Of a stretch of 56,242 bases of DNA, positions 1 to 8,246 are shown piece by piece. The position numbers were made by a program, and so were the translations under genes. Position 1 is the first letter of the stretch, and each line of letters opens with the position of its first letter. Below the pieces are notes generated by a model. It had not been told where the DNA came from and ran no database searches. It saw only the letters and a program-made list of their open reading frames with translations. Origin of the DNA: a virus. The stretch covers positions 1-56,242 of the IMG/VR virus record IMGVR_UViG_3300045988_040265; one strand, written 5' to 3'.

Positions 1-119
1 ATACATCTTCAATATAAGGCTCATTTGACATGTTTTTGTAATAATCTACAATTGCATCTTCAATAGCGGATTCGTTAGTCCTTTTCAGAAGCCTTCTTCC
101 GGATTTCGAATGTTTATCA
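1..119. repeat. Terminal redundancy: identical to 56124-56242 (overlap from a circular or circularly permuted genome; unit length 56123 bp)
   Basis: Direct comparison of both window ends (atacatcttcaatataagg...gaatgtttatca). Confidence 0.95.
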
Positions 120-289
120 GGAAGATATGTGTAATATCTCTCGTCCTTTCCTTTCCAAACTTCATAATTATGTTGCTCCAAATACCTCTTACGTTCGTTC
201 ATTTCAATTTTTTCTTGTATGGTATCACGACTGATAATACCATTTTCAATTGCGTAATTCAACAATTCTTTATCGGTCAATTCACACAT
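1..289 (-). CDS. int: Tyrosine integrase, N-terminal part (MCELTDKELLNY...VWKGKDERYYTYLPDKHSKSGRRLLKRTNESAIEDAIVDYYKN). It continues in frame across the circular junction into 55189-56242.
   Basis: Hand translation of reverse strand 289->1 is open. 289 maps to 56412 in unrolled coordinates, and 56412-55189+1 = 1224 nt = 408 codons. The segment resembles an arm-binding N-domain. Confidence 0.8.
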   Translation of the reverse strand, partial: MCELTDKELLNYAIENGIISRDTIQEKIEMNERKRYLEQHNYEVWKGKDERYYTYLPDKHSKSGRRLLKRTNESAIEDAIVDYYKNMSNEPYIEDV

Positions 290-497
290 TTTCACTCACT
301 TCCAATCGTTTGATTTTTTCTTTTATGCCACTTATTCTTCGTTCAACAGTCCTAAGCGACAAGCAAGTTTTTATTGATATTTCCTTGTTTGAAAAACCAC
401 GGAAAAGAAATGTAAAAATCTGTTCCTCTTCCGTGGTAAAATTGGCGTTTGATTTTATTTTTTCAAGTTCTGGCTTAGTAAGTTTTGATAACTTCAT
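282..497 (-). CDS. Small HTH protein, sigma-70 region 4 / LuxR-like
   Basis: FTTEEEQIFTFLFRGFSNKEISIKTCLSLRTVERRISGIKEKI. Its stop overlaps the integrase ATG (ATGTGTGA). Confidence 0.6.
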   Translation of the reverse strand: MKLSKLTKPELEKIKSNANFTTEEEQIFTFLFRGFSNKEISIKTCLSLRTVERRISGIKEKIKRLEVSENV

Positions 498-509
498 AAG
501 CCGTTCTCC

Positions 510-1151
510 TTAATATTTCATAAAAAATCTTTTATCTTCTCTTTTCATTCTTTCTCTGTTATTTGTTGCATTTTCTGTGTGGAAATTATCCCAAACGATC
601 TGATAATGTTTTTCACATAGCTTAAACCCTTCCTTGGATTTATCTCCACAAACAGGACATAATCCATTTTTTACCCAGTTTTCTTTTTTTCTTGCATTTG
701 CTTCAACACTATCTCTTCTCCTCTCTACTGCTTGGTTATTTCGCTTTACTCTGCAAATTGAACAGACGGAAAGACCATCAACAGCTTTTCTCTTAAAACA
801 ATATGTACAAATTCCATTTTCTTTTGCTTCATGATATCGTTTTTTTCTGTGTTCTATGGAATGTTTTCTGTACTTTTCGAAATAATCTTTGCTTTTTTTC
901 TCTGGGTCATATGGTTGTTTTGATTTACAAATAATGCAAATCTTTTCTCCGTTATATAAACGTTCTTTTTTGCATATAGGGCATATATTGATAGACTGAT
1001 ACCATTTGCGGTCCTCATTGTGTTTAATATTATCTTTATCCTTGCAACTTTTACACAATACCTTTCCTTTTCTATCTTCTTCTACCTCTTTGCCACACGC
1101 AACACACAATCCAAGTTCTTTTCTCCTATAATAAGTATTTTTGCTAGTCAT
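510..1151 (-). CDS. Protein with four tandem CxxC...CxxC zinc-ribbon modules, function unknown
   Basis: GLCVACG..CKSC, ICPICK..CIICK, GICTYCF..CSICR, GLCPVCG..CEKH. Confidence 0.7.
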   Translation of the reverse strand: MTSKNTYYRRKELGLCVACGKEVEEDRKGKVLCKSCKDKDNIKHNEDRKWYQSINICPICKKERLYNGEKICIICKSKQPYDPEKKSKDYFEKYRKHSIEHRKKRYHEAKENGICTYCFKRKAVDGLSVCSICRVKRNNQAVERRRDSVEANARKKENWVKNGLCPVCGDKSKEGFKLCEKHYQIVWDNFHTENATNNRERMKREDKRFFMKY

Positions 1152-1336
1152 AAATCTTCCTCCACACGTATAAACCTTTTAGTTTTAGATTCTCCGTTTC
1201 TTTGCCTTTGAATTGATTTGAATATAGATTCTGGTTTCATTCCAACCATTAATGCAAGTTCCTTGCATGTTTCTGCCACACATACAGGCAATTCATATTC
1301 ATCCTGCGTAACTTCCATCCATAAATATCTTTTCAA
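1148..1336 (-). CDS. Hypothetical small protein (possible HTH)
   Basis: ORF with an ATGA-type overlap to its neighbours. Confidence 0.55.
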   Translation of the reverse strand: MKRYLWMEVTQDEYELPVCVAETCKELALMVGMKPESIFKSIQRQRNGESKTKRFIRVEEDL

Positions 1337-1539
1337 TCATCATCACCCTTTACCTCTGTAAAATCTGACAAAATGCAATTCTGGCACACTTCAAGTCCAC
1401 TATAATACCAGAGTTTTTCAACTTCTTCCTTGCATTTATCGCAATAAAATTTAGGAACCCTTAAGTTTGGACAAGTTGAACCTAAACATGGATAGCCAGA
1501 TGACGCACAATCGCAACATTCGTTTTCATACCTAACCAT
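1333..1539 (-). CDS. Hypothetical Cys-rich protein
   Basis: 12 Cys in 68 aa; overlapping start and stop with neighbours. Confidence 0.6.
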   Translation of the reverse strand: MVRYENECCDCASSGYPCLGSTCPNLRVPKFYCDKCKEEVEKLWYYSGLEVCQNCILSDFTEVKGDDD

Positions 1540-1543
1540 GAAA

Positions 1544-1747
1544 TCACCTTATATCCTTTCTTAAGACCATTCTTGTTCCTGCTGATATGCTTCCTGTACT
1601 TCTTACTGGATTATAAGTGCTTAACATTCTGTCTTTTTTTCTTTTATCCGCTCTTTCTTTTGATATTTTTATATAATCTTCACAAACTCCATGACAACCA
1701 AGCTTTCTGTCTGTGCAGTTTTTGCAATTAAAATACATATCAATCAC
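1544..1747 (-). CDS. Hypothetical Cys-rich protein
   Basis: CKNCTDRKLGCHGVCEDY motif, basic C-terminus. Confidence 0.6.
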   Translation of the reverse strand: MIDMYFNCKNCTDRKLGCHGVCEDYIKISKERADKRKKDRMLSTYNPVRSTGSISAGTRMVLRKDIR

Positions 1748-2273
1748 ATCCTATCTTTTTTAAGTTAGAAGACGAAATTTCATGCATCTTATTTTTGAGA
1801 TATTCAGGCAATTGCCTTGATTCGGTCTCTTTCAAAGCATACTGTTCATACATCATACGAAAATTAGCACGTTCAACAGAAATGTTTTCAGACATACATA
1901 ACGTATCGTATCCAATCCTGTCAGTACATCTAAGTGCAATCCTGTTTCTTTCGCCAATATATGCTATTCCCTCTTGTTGCCTGTACATTCCGTACTTGCT
2001 AATTGATGTAAGCACCAATTCCCAAGCTTCTCCCCAATCCGGAACATCACCAAAGGCAATGTTAGATGCATATGCCCTTATATCTGCTATTGACGGCGAC
2101 CATTTATTAGTTGCGACCCATTTATTAAGTGCAGCACTTGCTACATCATACGATAGATCCTGTAATTGCATATACCACAATCCCATAGCTTGCTGATTAA
2201 TAAGCAACTTTTCTTCCCTTGAGTAATATGTCTTTAATGCCATTGCGAATTTGCTAAATTCTTCCTTGGTCAT
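1740..2273 (-). CDS. Replicative helicase loader/inhibitor-like protein (G39P-like N-domain)
   Basis: MTKEEFSKFAMALKTYY...LNKWVATNKWSPSIADIRAYA. I prefer the ATG at 2273 (GGAGAG RBS) over the track start at 2300. Confidence 0.6.
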   Translation of the reverse strand: MTKEEFSKFAMALKTYYSREEKLLINQQAMGLWYMQLQDLSYDVASAALNKWVATNKWSPSIADIRAYASNIAFGDVPDWGEAWELVLTSISKYGMYRQQEGIAYIGERNRIALRCTDRIGYDTLCMSENISVERANFRMMYEQYALKETESRQLPEYLKNKMHEISSSNLKKIGCD

Positions 2274-2277
2274 ACCA

Positions 2278-3087
2278 TCACTCTCCATTCGCCCATTCAT
2301 TCATCATTGCATAAGAATCATTCATTGAGCTTTCGTTTGTATTAATCTTCTGATTAAGATAACTTTCAAACTTTGCTCCAAACAATGTTTCCGGTCTAAG
2401 ATACTGTTCCCATTGAGTGCCTTTCCACTCTGTAAGCTTTTTGTCTATTACTTCCAACATATCAGATTCTGTAAAACCATCCTTAAGCCTTGCCCGGATA
2501 TGTTTCTTCGTTGATGCAGTCTTGTAACTATAACGTGTTCCGCACTTTGCATTCAGATAATCAACTACATTTTTAACAACTTCCAGTTCGTTGTCATTAT
2601 CAGGAATATCAACTACACATGGCTCTGAAATGCATTTATCGTCATATTCTGGCGGTTTTTCATTGTTTGCAATGCAATTCATAACCTTGTATAAATAATC
2701 CCTAAATTCCGCACATTTAATGTGCTTAACAACACTCTCAACTCCGTTAAGTGTCTTAGGTGACTTTGACCAATTGTACTTATGCCAGTTCAAAATCAAT
2801 ACTTCTTTAGTTTCAGAATTGAACCGAATCACATTATGTACATTTTCGAATCTTTCAAGAAGTCTTATGCACGTATCCTTGTTGTATCCTGTATCATCAA
2901 CCATTGACTTATAGCTGATTTCATAGCATCCACATATATTCGTGTGTGGATTCGTAAGAAGATACAAGTAAAAATATTTATCCTCTGGTGTAAACTCATC
3001 TAAAACCTTATTGTCTGTCCAGAAAGAAAGTTGTACATTTCTGTATATTGCCATAACATCAAACCTCCTATCATTCAAATTCGACAT
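2278..3087 (-). CDS. Phage replication initiation protein (DnaD-like; conserved phage C-terminal domain)
   Basis: N-terminal FWTDNKVLDEFTPEDKYFYLYLLTNPHTN and C-terminal VVDYLNAKCGTRYSYKT...RARLKDGFTESD. Confidence 0.75.
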   Translation of the reverse strand: MSNLNDRRFDVMAIYRNVQLSFWTDNKVLDEFTPEDKYFYLYLLTNPHTNICGCYEISYKSMVDDTGYNKDTCIRLLERFENVHNVIRFNSETKEVLILNWHKYNWSKSPKTLNGVESVVKHIKCAEFRDYLYKVMNCIANNEKPPEYDDKCISEPCVVDIPDNDNELEVVKNVVDYLNAKCGTRYSYKTASTKKHIRARLKDGFTESDMLEVIDKKLTEWKGTQWEQYLRPETLFGAKFESYLNQKINTNESSMNDSYAMMNEWANGE

Positions 3088-3358
3088 TAAGCCCTTTCCC
3101 TAATGCATATCCATACTCTATACAGGCACCTTTTGATTCTCTCCACTTTTTGAGCATAAATATCGAATCGCACATTGATAACATCACAAGCGACATTTTC
3201 ATATAATCGTCCCATGTTGTATTTACTGGAAGATGTGAATTAATTTCCGCGGGATTTATCACATCATATCCTTGTGCTATCAACTTTTCTTCTGCTTCCT
3301 TGAATCTTTTCATATAATCATTTGTTCCTGTAATTGCACCGCTGATGTATATTTTCAC
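3071..3358 (-). CDS. DUF4406-like protein (nucleoside deoxyribosyltransferase-like fold)
   Basis: MKIYISGAITGTNDY...CDSIFMLKKWRESKGACIEYGYA. Confidence 0.65.
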   Translation of the reverse strand: MKIYISGAITGTNDYMKRFKEAEEKLIAQGYDVINPAEINSHLPVNTTWDDYMKMSLVMLSMCDSIFMLKKWRESKGACIEYGYALGKGLNVEFE

Positions 3359-3361
3359 AAC

Positions 3362-3619
3362 CTATTCGCATTCCTTTCTTAGATAATTCATATACCCCAT
3401 AGACTGATTAAGAACATATACCGATACTGCATTTGTAAGCCTTTCAATAAGTTCTCCACTATCTTTATTCAAGTTATAAGCATTCCTTACAACCTCACCA
3501 ATCTGCGTATACTGTGCTTTACCTTGACTGTTTATCCAATCTGTCAAATCCATAACAGATTTACTCTCAATCTTCTTGCCTAAGAAATCGGTTAATTCAA
3601 ATTGTCCGTCCTGTGTCAT
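3362..3619 (-). CDS. Hypothetical protein
   Basis: ORF tightly packed in the operon. Confidence 0.55.
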   Translation of the reverse strand: MTQDGQFELTDFLGKKIESKSVMDLTDWINSQGKAQYTQIGEVVRNAYNLNKDSGELIERLTNAVSVYVLNQSMGYMNYLRKECE

Positions 3620-4470
3620 AGTGTATCTCCTATAAAATCACTTATATTCATCTGACTATCCTTTTCAAATACAAGCATTTCATTTTTTGCACGCTCGTAA
3701 AAGTTTCTGTCAATCTCGAATCCGTATGCACTTCTGCCAAGTTCTGCGGCGGCTCTTAGCGTGCTACCGCTACCACAACAAGGGTCAATAACAACATCTC
3801 CCTCGTCTGTAAAAATCTCAATCAGCTTTTTAAGGACAGCCACGGGCTTTTGTGCTGGATGAATTTTCGGTATATCTTTTCCGTCTTTCTCCCAAGTAAA
3901 CCAATTAAAAATCATATGTCCTGTACCTCTGATATTCTTTCCGTTTTCATCAATCTGCAAGCCGTTTCTGAATTTCGGCAACTTATTTCGGTACAGTACA
4001 AGTGCATATTCCGTAGCACCTACGATACGCATATTCGCTTTAAACACCTGCGGACTGTAATTTTTACAGAATACAAGAGGTATGTAATTGACAAATCCGT
4101 GTTTCTTCGCCGCGGCAATCAATGTTGACAACTGCTCAAATGAGCAAAATACAATCATACAAGGACTGTTACTACTTCTGCCCCTTGCGATAGGCTTTGT
4201 GTCCTCTTTTTTCAACATCTTTGAGCAAAAATGGAAGTATTCATACAGATTAAAATTAAAATCTGAATTAAAAGCCGCCTTTTTCGCAAGTTTGCTCTCA
4301 CCGTTCTTATTATCGCCGCCGTTGTACCACATAGGGTTACTTCCGTAGAAGTTAGTTCCTACATTGTAAGGAACATCAGCTATAATCAACTGTGCTGGCG
4401 GTATTGCGTATTTCTTGTAATTCTGCATAGAATCACGATATATCTCACATTTAATCTTCTTTTTATACAT
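3616..4470 (-). CDS. Orphan DNA methyltransferase (N6-A/N4-C, beta class: motif IV before motif I)
   Basis: IIADVPYNVG (DPPY-like) near the N-terminus and VIDPCCGSGST (FxGxG) near the C-terminus. No adjacent restriction gene. Confidence 0.85.
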   Translation of the reverse strand: MYKKKIKCEIYRDSMQNYKKYAIPPAQLIIADVPYNVGTNFYGSNPMWYNGGDNKNGESKLAKKAAFNSDFNFNLYEYFHFCSKMLKKEDTKPIARGRSSNSPCMIVFCSFEQLSTLIAAAKKHGFVNYIPLVFCKNYSPQVFKANMRIVGATEYALVLYRNKLPKFRNGLQIDENGKNIRGTGHMIFNWFTWEKDGKDIPKIHPAQKPVAVLKKLIEIFTDEGDVVIDPCCGSGSTLRAAAELGRSAYGFEIDRNFYERAKNEMLVFEKDSQMNISDFIGDTL

Positions 4471-4541
4471 TCTAAATCTACCAAAAGGAAACCTCGGTTT
4501 TATGTGCGCACAACCTATTCCTTTCTTTGATTTCTAGTTAG

Positions 4542-4715
4542 TTACTGGGGCTTCCTGCCTGTCTGAAAATACTCGTCATAAGCGTCAACTGTATCGCGTA
4601 TTTCAACCATAGCCATATCAAGTGTTACATCTTTTTTATCCAAGGCTCTTTCTGCATAATCTTTAATTCTCATCATTAAAGCCTGTGCTATTACTATCTT
4701 TGCATTGTCATTCAC
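4542..4715 (-). CDS. Possible small ORF (57 aa, GTG start)
   Basis: Hand translation VNDNAKIVIAQALMMRIKDYAERALDKKDV... It starts in the same GTGATTCAGAGTGA junction motif used by neighbouring genes. Confidence 0.35.
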   Translation of the reverse strand: MNDNAKIVIAQALMMRIKDYAERALDKKDVTLDMAMVEIRDTVDAYDEYFQTGRKPQ

Positions 4716-4721
4716 TCTGAA

Positions 4722-4997
4722 TCACTCGCTTTCTTTTCTCTTAAAATCCTCGCAAGACACATCAAGCAAGCAACCGCATTTTTCGATTTCTGTCACTCCC
4801 CAATATGTCTTATATCTGTAAGAGTTTTCGCATTTAAAACAGAAATCCTTGCCATTATTCAACTTGCAACTTGTCTTTTTGTCCTCTAACTTTTTTCCAA
4901 GACTTTCATTTATCCTTTTGAGTTCCTCGACCTTTTTCTGTGATTTCTCAAAATCTTCAATGAGTTTGTTATATTTCTTATTACTTAAAATCTTCAT
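4722..4997 (-). CDS. Hypothetical protein (coiled coil plus Cys cluster)
   Basis: ORF; ends ..KESE, and the stop is embedded in the junction repeat. Confidence 0.6.
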   Translation of the reverse strand: MKILSNKKYNKLIEDFEKSQKKVEELKRINESLGKKLEDKKTSCKLNNGKDFCFKCENSYRYKTYWGVTEIEKCGCLLDVSCEDFKRKESE

Positions 4998-5299
4998 TCT
5001 GAATCACCCTTTCCATTCCTGTATTCTTCTATTGTCTTGTCAACTCTGTCTTTGCCCCAATCTGCACTACAATACCATTCAACAGCTTTGAAAACAGGAC
5101 TTAGCATTTCAAAGAGCGTTTCCACTCTTATTTTAGCTGATTTGATATATTCAACTAACCGCCTCGTATCTTTTGCAACATCTTCATATCCGTTTTGATT
5201 GAGATAATCAGCCATTTCTTCCAATGTTTCAATGCTGCTGTACTGCATAAGGTCATCAATCTCTTTTGAATATAAATAATTCCAACTTCCACCGCTCAC
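4994..5299 (-). CDS. Hypothetical protein
   Basis: ORF with a GTG start overlapping the upstream stop. Confidence 0.6.
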   Translation of the reverse strand: MSGGSWNYLYSKEIDDLMQYSSIETLEEMADYLNQNGYEDVAKDTRRLVEYIKSAKIRVETLFEMLSPVFKAVEWYCSADWGKDRVDKTIEEYRNGKGDSE

Positions 5300-5895
5300 T
5301 CTGAATCACCCACTTTCAATAAATCCATAAACTTCTCATACTGTTTCTGTGATACCTTGTTATGCTCTTTTTCCGGTTTTAAGCGGATTGTAAGGTGCTT
5401 TTCTGCGATAGACGATAATTCCCTCGCTAACACCTTTTTGCCTTGCTGTATGCCTTGCATATAGCCTTTAGGTGCTTTTCTCTCGCCTATTGAACCACTA
5501 GCACGATTTTCTCCTTGACCGCCCAAACTGACATTCCTAAGCTGATAGCCTTTGTCGGCATACAGCTTGATGTAATACTTCTCTTTCTCGTCAAGCTGAC
5601 TTTCGGAAAAATTCAGAAACTCAACTCGCCAGCCATAAGGATTTTTCTCTTTGTCGTATAGCTTATGTTTGCGTAAGCTAAGGTCTATATGCTGTTCATA
5701 ACCTACAAGGTGGCTTGCCAATCTGCTAAGTGTATGCACCGCCTGTCCAATATACGCATACTTAAATCCGTTTTCATCTTCTCGGAGTAGGAAATAAATC
5801 CCACTCCTGTCATTCAGCTTTGGATTTAACTTCAACAGTCGCTTTTTATTTTCCTGCTCAATCGCCTTGGCTCTTGCTATGTTCTGGTAATTCAA
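5296..5895 (-). CDS. GIY-YIG nuclease domain protein
   Basis: SGIYFLLRED..FKYAYIGQA, YYIKLY. Confidence 0.75.
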   Translation of the reverse strand: MNYQNIARAKAIEQENKKRLLKLNPKLNDRSGIYFLLREDENGFKYAYIGQAVHTLSRLASHLVGYEQHIDLSLRKHKLYDKEKNPYGWRVEFLNFSESQLDEKEKYYIKLYADKGYQLRNVSLGGQGENRASGSIGERKAPKGYMQGIQQGKKVLARELSSIAEKHLTIRLKPEKEHNKVSQKQYEKFMDLLKVGDSE

Positions 5896-6164
5896 GTGTT
5901 GCCACCTGCCTTTACTATTTCCACAGCTTCTTCAAAACACTCATCTATCAAAGCTTGAAAAGCAGGTGCCATAAATCTAAATCCAGGTATTCTTTTTATT
6001 GCCAAATCAAGCGCAGTCTTTGAAGCTAACTTCAACTGTTCCACAACCTTATCCACATCATAAGCTGTCGGCACATCGTCAACATTTATCAGCTTATTTA
6101 CTCCGCTATAACAGTGACTTGCAATTATTTTGCCTTTGTAATTATCTGCGTCAATTAGTCTCAT
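5892..6164 (-). CDS. Hypothetical protein, MRLIDADN family paralogue 1
   Basis: MRLIDADNYKG...PTAYDVDKVVEQL; paralogous to 8600-8833. Confidence 0.65.
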   Translation of the reverse strand: MRLIDADNYKGKIIASHCYSGVNKLINVDDVPTAYDVDKVVEQLKLASKTALDLAIKRIPGFRFMAPAFQALIDECFEEAVEIVKAGGNT

Positions 6165-6166
6165 GC

Positions 6167-6387
6167 TTACTCCTTTCCACCTCGTTTTACAATCTCAATG
6201 GCTTCTTTCAATGGTACCATTCCTATATGCCTTGACAGCATGCTTCTTTCCCCCAACTGCTCCACAACCGCATCCTCATCATAGGCGGTTGGTTGACTAT
6301 CCACAAAATCAAGAATCGCTTTCATTTGGCTTTTATTGTAATGTTGCCCTTCAAAATTCAGATTATCTGCGTGTCAATCAGTCTCAT
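6167..6387 (-). pseudogene. Frameshifted copy of the MRLIDADN-family gene
   Basis: 6253-6387 is near-identical to 8701-8833. A 2-nt insertion after the ATG gives MRLIDTQII-stop. The rest (LNFEGQHYNKSQMKAILDFVDSQPTAYDEDAVVEQL...) is open in another frame. Confidence 0.6.
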
Positions 6388-6589
6388 CGTTCGCCCTCCT
6401 GTTCCACGCCTCTATGGCTTCCTTCCATGTCTTGCACGGTTTTCCTTTTGCATGACACGCATAACATTCGCAATAGTGCTTAATTATTCCACCATCAACA
6501 ATAGTACCCCAGCCGCAAAATGGGCATGGTTTTAATTCTTCACATTCTTCCATATTCTCTCCTATTCTGCTCATCTCAACACCCTCCAA
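6374..6589 (-). CDS. lar: Lar-family restriction alleviation protein
   Basis: KPCPFCGW...C.C..C....EAIEAWNRRA. Confidence 0.8.
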   Translation of the reverse strand: MEGVEMSRIGENMEECEELKPCPFCGWGTIVDGGIIKHYCECYACHAKGKPCKTWKEAIEAWNRRANDETD

Positions 6590-6592
6590 ACA

Positions 6593-6787
6593 TCATTGTT
6601 TATACCAACGTCTTGTTCCATCGGAAAACTCTACCTCGATTTTGTGTGGAAGTTTAAAATGTGCAATGTATCTAGCGTCTGTGATTTTAACGCATTTGAA
6701 ATGGTCTTTTTCGCATTGCAAAGCGGTTTCTTTGTTGCAATAATCCGTATGGCAGATATCGCACGTATATAATTCTTTCTTAGTCAT
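6593..6787 (-). CDS. Hypothetical Cys-containing protein
   Basis: ORF; CDICHTDYC..ALQCEKDH. Confidence 0.55.
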   Translation of the reverse strand: MTKKELYTCDICHTDYCNKETALQCEKDHFKCVKITDARYIAHFKLPHKIEVEFSDGTRRWYKQ

Positions 6788-7142
6788 TTTCCTTACCTCT
6801 CAATTCTTCGAAATAGAATTTTACATCGTCAGACACATACTTAACGATTCCAAACCGCTCCGCCACTTGATAAGGTATGCTGTCACGCATAAGCCTTTTA
6901 TGTATTTCTGAAAGATACTTTCGAAATCCCTCGACATCTAAAGTGGCTTTATAGTGGTTGCAGCTCCTACAAGCTGGCATGTAATTTGAAATGTCGTCTG
7001 CTCCACCTATCCTAAGCGGTGTTGCATGGTCTACCTGCATATCTTTGTAGTCAATTTGCTTGCCACAGTAAGCACAATGTCCGTTATACATGAGATATAC
7101 AGATTGTCTCACTTTTTTAGGTATTGCTTTTCTTTTATTCAT
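6780..7142 (-). CDS. HNH endonuclease (paralogue A)
   Basis: GHCAYCG..VDHATPLRIGG..NYMPACRSCNHYK. Confidence 0.85.
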   Translation of the reverse strand: MNKRKAIPKKVRQSVYLMYNGHCAYCGKQIDYKDMQVDHATPLRIGGADDISNYMPACRSCNHYKATLDVEGFRKYLSEIHKRLMRDSIPYQVAERFGIVKYVSDDVKFYFEELRGKEND

Positions 7143-7818
7143 TACTGCCTCTCAATTCTTTCAGTTTTGCTTCTGCCTTACCTGCCGCCTTCCTCGGCTT
7201 TTCGCATTCAAATTCAATCACCCACACCCAAGGGTTGGCATCCCATCCATAACGGTCAATGTCTGATTTCTTGATAGTGCTGTTCCAAATATTAACAAAA
7301 GCGGTTTTATTTCCTGCGCAATCTGGCACAGGATGCAGGCAAGAGCATCTCGCACCCTCTTTCCACGCTCCTTGTGGTGTGATTTCCTGCAACCGCTCCA
7401 CTCTCACATTCGTAACTTTAAGCCAGATACGAGCTGCTTCTTTCGGCATGTGGATTGATGGGTGCCACGGTACACGCTCGTGTGTCACTCCACTCGCATC
7501 GACATACGTATCAAAAGGAATTGTATCTGTTGCTGCATAATAATATTTTCCGGTTCCTTCAATAATTTGCTCATTTCCGTCCAATTCATATAAATACTGC
7601 CATGTTTCCCGGACATAAAGGATATCGCCCGGCTGATATGGCGGTATACATAACTTGCTAATAATCTGCTCATCCTCCACCTCTGGATGCTCTTTGTGAT
7701 ACGGACTATTCAGAATCGCTTCAACATCATGTTTCACAATTCGTCTAGTGCAGCTCTTTCTCCCATCAAGAATCGCCTTTACCATATCCGTATTAAACAA
7801 TATTGGTTTCATACTCAT
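7135..7818 (-). CDS. ASCH/PUA-like domain protein
   Basis: MKPILFNTDMVKAILDGRKSCTRR..GDILYVRETW. The ATG at 7818 overlaps the upstream TGA. Confidence 0.55.
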   Translation of the reverse strand: MSMKPILFNTDMVKAILDGRKSCTRRIVKHDVEAILNSPYHKEHPEVEDEQIISKLCIPPYQPGDILYVRETWQYLYELDGNEQIIEGTGKYYYAATDTIPFDTYVDASGVTHERVPWHPSIHMPKEAARIWLKVTNVRVERLQEITPQGAWKEGARCSCLHPVPDCAGNKTAFVNIWNSTIKKSDIDRYGWDANPWVWVIEFECEKPRKAAGKAEAKLKELRGSNE

Positions 7819-8246
7819 TCGTCGTCCTTCCATAACAAATCTTGGGTGTCAAATATGTTGCCGATAACCTCTGCATTAACCATATTTATCCAATAACCTA
7901 AATCTTTTCTGTATCTTTTAGTATACTTGCCTGACCAGTCTACATAAAATCCAACATGTTCAGTTTTGGTGCTATCAAAGCAACTCTGATAACTGCCGTA
8001 TTTGATTTGTGCACAAGCATCACTAAATAAGTCTTTTACAATATCACTCTCCCAAATCAGATTACCGTTCTTGTCTTTCAAGCCTGTGCATTGGCAGATT
8101 GTGGATGGGTCTACTTCAATCATATTAGGCACATCATTTGTCATCCCCCAAAGAATATATCTCTTTTCCCAAATGCCGTATAAATAACCTTGTACCCATT
8201 TCCCATTGTCAGCTCTCTTTGCCTTGAATAAATGTCTATCTTTCAT
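7815..8246 (-). CDS. YopX family protein (paralogue A)
   Basis: FKAKRADNGKWVQGYL...CQCTGLKDKNGNLIWESDIV. Confidence 0.8.
   Translation of the reverse strand: MKDRHLFKAKRADNGKWVQGYLYGIWEKRYILWGMTNDVPNMIEVDPSTICQCTGLKDKNGNLIWESDIVKDLFSDACAQIKYGSYQSCFDSTKTEHVGFYVDWSGKYTKRYRKDLGYWINMVNAEVIGNIFDTQDLLWKDDE

Noticed and set aside
4529-4543. 15-nt match GATTTCTAGTTAGTT shared with 21129-21143
   Set aside because: A single short exact match is at the level expected by chance for this genome size and composition. No common context.
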